A DNA stretch of 64,000 nucleotides from Macrostomum lignano (lineage: Eukaryota): the NCBI GenBank assembly GCA_002269645.1, contig NIVC01000029.1:930001-994000 (forward strand), written 5' to 3'. The translations under genes were made by a program, and so were the position numbers. The notes below the pieces were generated by a model, which was given only the letters and a program-made list of their open reading frames with translations, searched no databases and was not told the origin of the DNA. Below are positions 1 to 12,600 of this stretch, in pieces. Every line of letters begins with the position of its first letter. The stretch's first letter is position 1.

Positions 1-359
1 GTGTGGTAGGCGCATAGTCTAACACTAGTCGCACCTCCTGCCCAGTAACACGGGTAGTTAAACGATACGGCGACGACTGGCCCATAGCGCCGTTAGACAA
101 GCTTTCGAATAGGCTCTGATTGCCGTCCAGGTAGGCGCGAACGCTTGGTCGCGGTTGCGCCATAAATAAGCAGGTGAAAGTGCCAACAGTCGACGCCACT
201 CGGGGTGGATAGTAACCATGTAGGGCGTCGTTAGAAGCTGCAACGCTAACTGGTGCGTAGCCTATGCTTGGCTCGGTGGCTATTAGTACAGGAGGCATAT
301 CTGTTTTAATAGGAAGGGAGGTTTGGGAAATAAGGATCAACCATTGACACTGAGAGTTG

Positions 360-560
360 GTTGTGGTTCGACCAGCGACACTACCGAGTCGATGGGATTG
401 GACCATAGACACTACAGAGTCGATAGGGTTCGACCATAGGCACTAGCAATTCGATAGGATTTAGACCATAGACACTACCGAGTCGATAAGTTTGACATAA
501 ACAGCATGAAATTGATATAGTTGGACCATAGACAATATGATATAAAGTTGATAGGATGGG
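360..560 (+). repeat. Degenerate ~31-33 bp tandem repeat (gaccatagacactac..gtcgatag core)
   Basis: gaccatagac/gtcgat motifs recur about 5-6 times within the Dscam-like intron. Confidence 0.6.
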
Positions 561-696
561 ACACTACAGTGTCAAAGTGGTTAAGCGACAGATTTTAACG
601 GTTTCTGTCGCATCTGAATAGGTTACGAGAATAGGTTCTGAGAAGGTTAGGACCATAGATAATGCAATAGTTTTATACAGATCCAACGTATCTCAC

Positions 697-3600
697 CTCC
701 AACCAGCACCGCCACAGTTGCCACAGCATAGTCTGGCGGGGCCGGCCTGGTCTCCAACAGCCTCTCTGCTACGCACTGATAAGCGCCTCGATCCTCCAGT
801 CGAAAATCGTCCACCGTCAACTGACTCCAACCGTTCTCGGCAGCCACTTCAGCTTCGGCTGGTTCCATTCGCACACGGCCGGAATCTTGACCATTTTCTA
901 AGCGTCGACCGTTTCTAAACCATCGAATTCGATGCAACGGCCATCCGTCAGCGACGCACTTCAAAGTCGCCTCGGAGCCGAACTCGAATCGAGCAACTTT
1001 TGATGCAGTTTTACCGCCAACTTCCAGATCGTCAGTAGTTCCAATCGAAATTCTTACGCTCAACTGTTTATAAACTCGTACTTGAGTTCGGTACACCTCC
1101 AATTGACGGCTGCCGTCATTGATGTAGCATCGATAGTCGCCGGTGTCTTGTCGGCCGGTCAGCTTCAGTCCAATGCTACCAGGATGGCCGGGCTGCGAGC
1201 CGGGCAACAGGTAGGCGACTTTACTATTGACAATATCGGAGCCAATTAACAGTGGCTCGCCATCTTTAGTCCAGCTGTAGCTGCCGCTTATTTGGCTAAA
1301 ACACGGCAACGAGATGTTGTCGCTGTGCCGATTGTCACTATACTCTGTTGCTACTAAACTGGCTGCGTTTGAAACGCTTCGAATTGCGTCGCCATGGTGA
1401 CTGGCGCCTTGCGGTAGTAGCCGAATCACGCTGGAGTCTGACAGGTTACTGTAGGCTAATGCCGACCTAGCATTGTGTGGTGACAGGCTGAGTAAAATTA
1501 TCCGAGCTCTGTAGGCATATCTGGTGTCTTCGGCTGTTAGACGCATGATGTGCAGCTCGCTGGGAAATATGCCGTACTTTGGATTGTGAGGGTCTGAAAT
1601 GTAGCGCAGCGTTAGTAGGAATTGTTGAAACAATTGTGCTACTTTTTCTGGTGGTTTCTGTTGGTGTAGCTTCTGTGTCGTGTAGCCTTTGTGTTGTGTA
1701 GCCTTTGTGTTGTGTAGCCTTTGTGTTGTGTAGCCTTTGTGTTGTGTAGCTTCTGTGCTGTGTAGCTTTTGTGTTGTGTAGCTTTTGCGTTGTGTAGCTT
1801 TTGTGTTGTGTAGCTTTTGTGTTGTGTAGCTTTTGTGTTGTGTAGCTTTTGTGTTGTGTAGCTTCTATGTTGTGTAGCTTCTGTGTTGTGTAGCCTTTGT
1901 GTTGTGTAGCTTTTGTGTTGTGTAGCTTTTGTGTTGTGTAGCTTTTGTGTTGTGTAGCTTTTGTGCTGTGTTGTTAGCTTCTGCGTTGTGTGCTCTGTAT
2001 AGCATCTGAATAGGGTGGCTTCTGAGTAATTAATTGGAAAAAACTGCAGAACATTCAAATTTAAATTGCAATTATAAATTAAAACCCAACTAAACTCAGC
2101 ATCAAGGGTCAGAGAAGCGTCAAAATGAAAATCGATTTTGCATCCTAGCTGTTACCGCCCATCGGCAACCGCTAGGTGGACTAGACTGACCCAGGCACTG
2201 GTCGTAAGTCATTCAATCAAGACCACCCATCCGCTAAGTCCACAAAGTTTTGCGTTTTATTGTTTAGCACTAACAGCTTTACGATACCTGGGCGTTGACT
2301 AGGGGGAGAGAAATTCTTTGTGGGGAGCCAAGGCCACTCATTATCCCTCAGCAAGTTGGTGCTGAAAAATTCCAAACTATAATTACTTTTCCACAGCCAG
2401 AATAATTAACACCTCAAATTTAGCGTAAATATTTATATAAATATATTTCTGTTGAATGCGTTTCGGATTTCGCTAAAAAGGCATGCCATAAATATACGAA
2501 CTATCCATCAGTATTTTACTTATTCTTCATATCTGCATTTAAATACCATATCATGGGACTTTCAGCGCTTTGTCTGACACCCAACTTGTCGATTGTCTGA
2601 CGCCTAACTTGTCGATTGTCTGACGCCCAGCTTGTCGATTGTCTGACGCCCAACTTGTCGATTGTCTGACACCCAGCTTGTCGATTGTCTGACGCCTAAC
2701 TTGTCGATTGTCTGACACCCAGCTTGTCGATTGTCTGACACCCAACTTGTCGATTGTCTGACACCCAACTTGTCGATTGTCTGACACCCAGCTTGTCGAT
2801 TGTCTGACACCCAACTTGTCGATTGTCTGACACCCAACTTGTCGATTGTCTGACGCCTAACTTGTCGATTGTCTGACACCCAGCTTGTCGATTGTCTGAC
2901 ACCCAACTTGTCGATTGTCTGACACCCAACTTGTCGATTGTCTGACGCCTAACTTGTCGATTGTCTGACACCCAGCTTGTCGATTGTCTGACATCCAACT
3001 TGTCGATGGTCTGACACCCAGCTTGTCGATTGTCTGACACCCAACTTGTCGATTGTCTGACACCCAGCTTGTCGATTGTCTGACGCCCAACTTGTCGATT
3101 GTCTGACACCCAGCTTGTCGATTGTCCGACACCCAACTTGTCGATTGTCTGACACCCAGCTTGTCGATTGTCTGACACCCAACTTGTCGATTGTCTGACA
3201 CCCAGCTTGTCGATTGTCTGACGCCCAACTTGTCGATTGTCTGACACCCAGCTTGTCGATTGTCTGACGCCCAACTTGTCGATTGTCCGACACCTAACTT
3301 ATCCAATCTCTGTCACCCAACTTGGCTCACCCACCTAGTCCTGACTCCCACAATATATACGATATACCATACTTGTATAACAATGACTGCAAACCTAACA
3401 ATGGAGACAGAAAATGGCTTCAATATCAAGGCAGCCACAACCACTCTCCCCAAAAAGCAGACCCTTTCAATAATCCCATTGTTGCAGAAACTTTCTGCAC
3501 AAGGCCACAAGAGGGGAGCAGCACACGAACCCTCAGTTCCATAGGCTCTCAACAGCTCGTCAATTGATGGCTTGGTAAAGTTTAGTTAGCCAGCTCAGTA

Positions 3601-6600
3601 AGTTTTTCTGGCTTCAAAGTAGAAGAATGCATTTGAATAGCAGGCATTGATACTTTTTTGTTGCGCCCGTAGCTGGCCAGTCCTCAATCACAGTACGAAG
3701 GACTGTCTGGATCCTCTGACCGACTGAGCGTGCTCAAATATAGTGGAGCAGTGGGTTCTATCCATTTCTATTCCCGGCTGTACGAGCGTACTAACGCTAG
3801 CTAACGCATTGAGGCCAAAAAAGCTAAAACTTTGCCAAACGTAAATTTTACAAACCCACAAACCCTAATATTTGCAAACTCTAATCTTTACAAACCCTAA
3901 TCTTCACAAACCCTAATCTTTACAAACCCTAATCTTCACAAACCCCAAACTCTAATCTTTACAAACCCTAATCTTCACAAACCCTATTCTTCACAAACCC
4001 TAATCTTCACAAACCCTAATCTTCACAAACCCCAAACTCTAATCTTTACAAACCCTAATCTTCACAAACCCTAATATTCGCAAACCCTAATCTTCACAAA
4101 CCCCAAACTCTAATCTTTACAAACCCTAATCTTCGCAAACCCCAATCTTGACAAACCCTAATCTTCACAAACCCCAAACTCTAATCTTTACAAACCCTAA
4201 TCTTCACAAACCCCAAACCCTAATCTTCACAAACCCTAATCTTTACAAACCCTAATCTTCACAAACCCCAAACTCTAATCTTTACAAACCCTAATCTTCA
4301 CAAACCCTAATCTTCACAAACCCCAAACTCTAATCTTTACAAACCCTAATCTTCACAAACCCTAATATTCGCAAACCCTAATCTTCACAAACCCCAAACT
4401 CTAATCTTTACAAACCCTAATCTTCGCAAACCCCAATCTTGACAAACCCTAATCTTCACAAACCCCAAACTCTAATCTTTACAAACCCTAATCTTCACAA
4501 ACCCCAAACCCTAATCTTCACAAACCCTAATCTTTACAAACCCTAATCTTCACAAACCCCAAACTCTAATCTTTACAAACCCTAATCTTCACAAACCCTA
4601 ATCTTCACAAACCCCAAACTCTAATCTTTACAAACCCTAATCTTCACAAACCCTAATATTCGCAAACCCTAATCTTCACAAACCCCAAACTCTAATCTTT
4701 ACAAACCCTAATCTTCGCAAACCCCAATCTTGACAAACCCTAATCTTCACAAACCCCAAACTCTAATCTTTACAAACCCTAATCTTCACAAACCCTAATC
4801 TTTACAAACCCTAATCTTCACAAACCCCAAACTCTAATCTTTACAAACCCTAATCTTCACAAACCCTATTCTTCACAAACCCTAATCTTCACAAACCCTA
4901 ATCTTCACAAACCCCAAACTCTAATCTTTACAAACCCTAATCTTCACAAACCCTAATCTTTACAAACCCTAATCTTCACAAACCCCAAACTCTAATCTTT
5001 ACAAACCCTAATCTTCACAAACCCTATTCTTCACAAACCCTAATCTTCACAAACCCTAATCTTCACAAACCCCAAACTCTAATCTTTACAAACCCTAATC
5101 TTCACAAACCCTAATATTCGCAAACCCTAATCTTCACAAACCCCAAACTCTAATCTTTACAAACCCTAATCTTCGCAAACCCCAATCTTGACAAACCCTA
5201 ATCTTCACAAACCCCAAACTCTAATCTTTACAAACCCTAATCTTCACAAACCCCAAACCCTAATCTTCACAAACCCTAATCTTTACAAACCCTAATCTTC
5301 ACAAACCCCAAACTCTAATCTTTACAAACCCTAATCTTCACAAACCCTAATCTTCACAAACCCCAAACTCTAATCTTTACAAACCCTAATCTTCACAAAC
5401 CCTAATATTCGCAAACCCTAATCTTCACAAACCCCAAACTCTAATCTTTACAAACCCTAATCTTCGCAAACCCCAATCTTGACAAACCCTAATCTTCACA
5501 AACCCCAATCTTGACAAACCCTAATCTTGACAAACCCTAATCTTGACAAACCCTAACCTTGACAAACCCTAATCTTCACAAACCCTAATCTTCACAAACC
5601 CTAATCTTGACAAACCCTAATCTTCACAAACTATAATCTTGACAAACCCTAATCTTCACAAACCCTAATCTTGACAAACCCTAATCTTCACAAACTATAA
5701 TCTTCGAAAGCTCAAAAAATTCCTAGTCTTGAACCTTTAACAAAAGCAGAATCTGCAACACCATCAGATTTTTATTTTATTGATATTTACACTAGGCTCA
5801 GCCAGCGCTCATTTTCAAGCAAAATCGCAATCCCTGCATTGAAGTCTGCTATCCAGCAATCCAGAGTTTAGTATTCCATGCCTCAGTCTGTTTTCCCTCC
5901 TCCATAAAAGCCAGCATCCCGGATCCAGTTTGAATCACTCATTGCATCCCTTCAGTACAGCATACTGCTCTGGATTGCTGCCTCAACAGCTCTCTCGTGC
6001 TACTCAATGCTAGACTTGCGTATTTTTTTAGGCTGAGTAATAGCTATGGGGAACTGTACTCATTCTCCTCTCCGGCTGCCCTCCCAGAACATCACTTTCG
6101 ATTCTCCATCTGGATGTATCAGTCCGTGCTCTGGTTGTTAGACGGAACCTTATCTACCTCTCTCTCTCTCTCTCTCTGCATTTCGTCTCGCTTATCTACT
6201 CTTCTATCCTCTCTTATCTTATGTCAGTATGTCAGTAAGTCAGTATGTCAGTACGCCAGTATTTCAGTAATGTCACTATGTCTGTCAGTATGTCAGTATG
6301 CCAGTATGCCAGTATGTCAGTAATGTCACTATGTCTGTCAGTATGTCAGTATGTCAGTATGCCAGTATGTCAGTAATGTCACTATGTCAGCATGTCAGTA
6401 TGTCAGCATGTCAGTATGTCAGTGTCTCTCTAATCGTACTCAAGAAACAATCCCTAGCTTTGAACTCACCATATCTGAGCAGCTGCAAAGAGCTCGGGTC
6501 CCCAGCTGCCGGATCAACCGCCGGCAGACTTTGCCTGTAAAATTCCACTCGAAAGAACGCCTCGAGAGACACCGGGTCGGTTTGCACCCGACACACCGCT

Positions 6601-9600
6601 GTGCCGCCATCGACGCCGGAGAAACAGTTGAGCACAGCGCGGCATTGGCGAAGATTGCTCACTGCGGGTGAACATCGATGATGGAAAATGTATTTAATGA
6701 TATTTTGAGTTTAAGATTCTCATTAATTTTAAATCCTCATTCACTGGGATTCAGATCCTCATCTGTAGCCAATAATTTTCCCAACCAAAATCCTCATTCA
6801 TTGGGATTCAGATCCTCATCTGTAGCCAACAATTTTCCCAACCAAAATCTACGCTTAGTTCCGCCGTGGAAACCGCAAGCTGAAACTTAATAAATAATTC
6901 ACAGTCAGAGAAAAGTGAGTCATGGTCTGACTAGTTTGGGGGGAAGTGAGTAGTTGAGTAAGGCAGGGAGATTTCAGTTGAGAACAGACAAAGACGCAGA
7001 ACACAGAGTCATTGAGGTTTGGGAATACACTGAGTATTGGCCTGTACTGCAGCTTGGTTTGGAGACGTCAACTGCGCACATCAGCTTCGGTTTTAATACT
7101 CAGGCTTTTATGCATGGATACAGACAGCTATATGCTAGCTATTGTAGAAATTTGACTCCCCTGTCATGCAGTCAGTAGACAGTTCCTAGAGGGTAAGACA
7201 GAAATAAATTTGATCCAAGCTAAGCGGGGTGGTTTGACGGATCATTACTCAGTTCCAGCTGTCATTTGTTTGGCATTTATGAATGCTTTCTAAAAATAGT
7301 ATCAAATTTGTAACTCTAAGTCGTGCGAATTCCGAATGGCATATAAAGTAAGCATGGGTTTCTTCCGAGATGCAATCAGAAGTTTATCAGGCTTTCGTTT
7401 TTTCAAGAAATGCTTATGTAGCTTCTATGTAACTCTCTCTAGTGCACAGATTCTATATTACTTAGATAGGCCACTCCAGCCGCCTGAGCGCAGCGGGAAA
7501 ACCCTGGGGTTTTGATCATAGACAGTAGCTTCTGCAGCTCTCAAACATTAGTCGCAGCTAGTGTCTGTGGCCCTAACCCCCGGTTATTCGATGTCCCGGA
7601 CACGACCGCTGAATAGCTTTAGCGTATGCTGGAGTGACATATCTAGGTAATATAAAATCTGTAGTCCGAGTCTTTAGAAGTCAACGTCACAGGATCGACA
7701 GCATGTAATCGCAGAAACACCTAATGGGCGCCTGTCTCCTCCGGTGCCTGCAGCATCCTACAGGTAGTTTGGTGAGGTTTAACTGCATCGAAGTCGCATT
7801 CAGTGAGTTATGCGCGATCCGATTCTTTACAAAATCCGTTTAAAAAACACAACTTGCAATCTCACATACTTGATGCATTTGATATTCGGTAGTCTAGGGA
7901 GTTGAGATTTTGCGAATTTCGCTGTCCACGAGTACCATAAGACAGTCGTGTGTAATATTTGTACATGAGACGCAAAGTGTCAAATGACACAGCCGAACAA
8001 ATAAATATTGATTTTCATCTTTTTGAAACAGTTAAAGTAACCCGATATGTTATTGGTTAAAGTTTTGTATATTCCTTCAGCTTACTAACCCAAACCCCTG
8101 GATTGCTACTTTAAGTTGCAGCAACCACCCCCCCCCCTGACGCGATGACTCAGACACGACAGTAGCTGGATAGACAGATAGTGCTTCTGCCAGTACAGCG
8201 CATGCATCAGCAGCACTTACGCTAAGCAACGGGACTGCAACCGACCGAGACTATGAAGTTCATTCATGGAAAAAACACGCACACACACACACGCAACACA
8301 CAAGATTTACTATTGGCCAACTAATTGAACTAAATCTTCTGGCCTCTGTCTCTATAGCTGCTGACTAAGACTATAGGCACGCGTGCTAGCGACTCCGCTT
8401 AGAAACTGAGGTGCACTTGTAGGAGTCTATTTCAGGGGTATAAGGAACTATAGCACTGACTGAGAGATTCATGGACTGCAGGAACCCAGGAACCCTTGCC
8501 CATGCCTGGCTCATGTTAACCCTCGCATTCTTGCTTCCTTCACTTTCCCCGCAGTGAATGACTAATAACCATAGCTTCAGCTTGCTCGCTATATATTGAG
8601 AGGGAATGGAGAGCGGCGCTGGAAGCCTCTTCAAACATTACAGGAGCAGTATTTAATCTATATGCTTTCAGCCTTTCAGGCATAGAGACTTCCCTTGCCA
8701 GACTATTTGCTAACCCAACCGTAAACGAAGTAAAATCGGTAGACGTACTTTACATAGTGCAATCAATTGCTATGCATTTAGCGTTATCTGAACTCAAAAG
8801 TGTCTAATAATCTGCCTATGTATTAAATCTATTTCAATACTGATATATGGGCAGCTGTTTTTTTATTACAAATGTTAGAACTATTAAGTAAACCATGAGT
8901 GAGTGTCTTCCTGGGTAACAACTGCTTGCCTTCACACATGGCTGCGGGACGTCTGCCCACATCCTCACAAATTACTTCATTCGTCCTTTTAATCATTTAT
9001 TTACATCATGAGTTAAAGTCGAACGTTAAAATCAAGTTGAGACTTTGCACAATGAAGTACATCGTGCACCTTCAGAACGTGCCGTCTGGTTTATTTTCAA
9101 TTTTAACACCGCATTTATAGGGTCACAGCAGTCGACACACAGCCACAACGGGCCTGCAACTATGACAGAGGCAGAAATAAAAAAGCAGACTGAGCAGCGG
9201 CAGTAAATCAAGCATAAAGCAGGCTATGGTTTAGCCAGATAATGCCCGCTGGTGGGACTGGCTCAAAGAGCACGGCATCCCCTCAGTAGCGATCGCAGTC
9301 CCCAACGTGCGTACACTGCCGCTAGCTGCTTCTGCTCTTCTCACCAGCTGACAGGGCAGTAGAAATTGCGGAGATCCAACCGACAACGTCACCTCATCCC
9401 CCCCCCCAGAAAAGCATCGGTCATAAATCCTGCCAGTGCAATATTATATTATGGATCCACACATTTCCTTCTAAAGCCTTAATGTGGCCGCCTCAAGTCA
9501 TCCCCGTTCTCCTCAGTCTCTCCCTTGTATGGCAATATAGTCAGTACCATGCCGTCCCACTGACTATACAACATGAAGCCAAGGTCAACTTGTCTATTAT

Positions 9601-12600
9601 AGCTATTACTGAGGCCTGAATGCTCATGAGTCTGATGCATCCATAATGGTTGGTAGCCTCTAGTTACTGTCATCTGCCTTTATTAACCCTTCTTTAATCG
9701 GTAATTTTCTTCTAGACTTGATTTCTGTGCACTGTCCTGTGTTCTGTCGAAAATTTCTTCCAACTCAGATGCCTAGTTTAAAAGACGTTTTCTGCCTCTC
9801 TTCTGTTTAAGCCTCGCAGAAGTCCGAAAGCGTGGTCCCGCATGTAGTGGAGAGCCCGCATCCTGTCTCTTTGGCACAAAAGAACGTCAAAAACGACCCC
9901 GTATTGCCCCTCGCAATTAATCTCCCTTAATTAGGCATTGGCACACAATGCATCTAATTGCCTGCCGAGAGAGGCGGATTAATTGACGAAAATCTCGCCC
10001 CAGAGATTATCCAAGTTTTACAAGCCAAATGCATTTCTATAACCTACCAACCTCAACTAGAATCAAGCGTTATCAGGCAGTGCAATCACATTTTTCAGAC
10101 AATAAAACTATTTAATGAGGCCCACTCAAAAACGGAAACGTCCTAAAACGTATTGCGACAGAAATCTGTCACTCTGACCATATCAGAAGTCTATCTTATC
10201 TCCTGCATCTAAATCTGCATATTCAACAACTCAGGGTCCAGCTCAGTGCAATACTTTCCACGCTTATATTTTATATTTTCTGTATTGTACCAATCTGGCG
10301 ATATTTGCGCTGAGTAAATGCCTAGCCAAACCAATCTTTGAGTTTTTTGTATATCTTAGATAAGTTATCGATGGAGTGAGCATTAGTCAGTTCTAGCCAA
10401 CAACTCGGCGGCTTACTACTATTCTCCATCAAGTCGGTCCAGATTCCAGACTCTGGGCCAATATTAATTTATCAGTTACTATAACACTCCCTCGCAGCAA
10501 CCGTCCCAGTACTGCTCACGCAGCTCAGAGCCCTCTGTGCATTTGCGTCTCTGCAGTCGTTGTCATATCAGATAAAACATTCGTCTTGCTACTGTATATC
10601 TTACAACTGGAGTCGACCGACTTATATGCTAAGTTACTAAGCCAAGCTACTCGCTTACAGTTCTTTCTACTAGCTATAATTAAATTGAAATTCCCAATAG
10701 ACGGGTTGGAGAATTTCCTACTGTTATATGCTTTTCGTATATGAACTGGCTGGCTCTTTAGGGTCATCCCGGTGCGCGGTGCGCCAAAATATGCATCCTT
10801 TGGGGATCCAGACTGACTTTTATTACCCAACTTTTATTGCCGAGATGGTTACGTAAATCTGAGTCTGCTTAAACAACTAAGAGCAACTTTCTCTCCCCCG
10901 TGGATGAAAAAGCTTGTGCAATTTGAATACAGGCTGAGTTGGATAAAATCTTGACTAAATCCGGCCGCTCAATACCCATACAGCGACTCGGCGTCAACAA
11001 CGTTGGCTTCACTATAGACGTCGCTGAGCCCATTTTCCCAATACCCATTTTCCCAATACCCATTTTCCCAATACCCATTTTCCCAATACTCATTTTCCCA
11101 ATATCCATTTTCCCAATACCCATTTTCCTATTACCCATTTTCCCAATACTCATTTTCCAAATATCCATTTTCCCAATACCCATTTTCCCAACACCCATTT
11201 TCCCAATACCCAGTTTCCTAATACTCATTTTCCCAATATCCATTTTCCCAATACCCAGTTTCCCAATACCCATTTTCCCAATATCCATTTTCCCAATACC
11301 CATTTTCCCAATACCCATTTTCCTAATACCCATTTTCCCAATACCCATTTTCCCAATACCCCATTTTTTCAATACTCCTTTTCCCAATACCCATTTTCCC
11401 AATACCCATTTTCCCAATACCCCATTTTCCCAATACCCCATTTTCCCAATACCCCTTTTCCCAATACCCATTTTCCCAATATCCATTTTCCAATGCCGTG
11501 TAACCACGTAAGATGCGTCGATGGATGCCAGAATGTTAACTGCAACTCTGCATCTTCTTCATGCGTTGCTAAATGCCTGTTATTTGTTACTGGATTGGGA
11601 CTTGAAGAAGAAAAAGCATCATTTACACGACTCAGATCAACCAGGCAGTAGCATCCCGGAAATGCCGAGCGGCCGTCCCCTGTTCCCCCCCGCACTCCAC
11701 AGAGCCTTGTTTGGACACAACCGCAGGGACATCAGGGCGGTGACGTGATCATGGCCCTTTCAATAGTCATGTCACCATTTATTTTTGTTTGATGTTTTGC
11801 CCCGGCATTGCTACCTCCCAGTGAAGAAATTCCTTTTCTGCCTCTCCGGTGTCGAGAATGTGGAGCACTTCATCTGTTAATGTCCCGCCTTTACTCAGAA
11901 CAGGTCCACCTATCCTGACCCCCCAACCCGGATCTCTCAGCCGTTTTAAGGCTCGAGAATTTCTCCCAGTTCATCCGCTACCTAAAGGCTTCCTGGCGAG
12001 CGCTACCATCCACCTCCTGGACTCTTACCATAGAGCTTATGACACTTTCGAGAACCCCCCCCCCTGGACTCTCCGGCGGGAGACCGCGCTGCAGACACCG
12101 GCACCAGCACTAACTGACCGTGGTGGCCAGGGGGTCAGCGGAATGGGCGTCGACGCCTCCCCGCTGTATCTGGATTCCCGGAACCCCCTAACTCCTAAAT
12201 GGAGTAAGAGAAATGACTAAATGGAGTTATAGACCAAATAGAAGGATTTATTACCATGACTCACCTTTCCTGAAAATAGTCTTTCGGGACAAACTAACGT
12301 AGCCGGTCCGCACATCCTTGGCCTGGCAGTACACCCTGTACCGGTGCCCCCGTCTTCCGCTCTGACCAGCAACTTCTGGTAGCAGAAATTTGTCACCGTT
12401 GCCGCTTTGCGATACCTGCAGTCGGCCGTTGCCCAAGTCCACAAACGGCACAGCTGTAGAGTTAGCAACCGGGGTGTCTAGCGACGCTAGAACTGTTTGA
12501 CCGCTCGTGGAGTTCACGATGTACTCTTCATAGAGCCAGCGAAGCTGAATTCCGTCAGAATGTGCTCCACTTTTAAGCGAACAGCTCAACTGGTTCGAGG

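Noticed and set aside
360-560. CRISPR-like appearance of this and other repeat arrays
   Set aside because: No unique constant-length spacers, no cas genes, and a eukaryotic spliced context.
2551-3306. Several long overlapping ORFs ([11 protein letters not shown] repeats)
   Set aside because: Translations of a 23-bp intronic minisatellite that is stop-free in several frames.
6662-12264. Possible alternative Dscam cassette exons (e.g. ORFs 8386-8634 and 9479-9673)
   Set aside because: No Ig-like residues and no matching phase-1 AG/GT pair found by eye.
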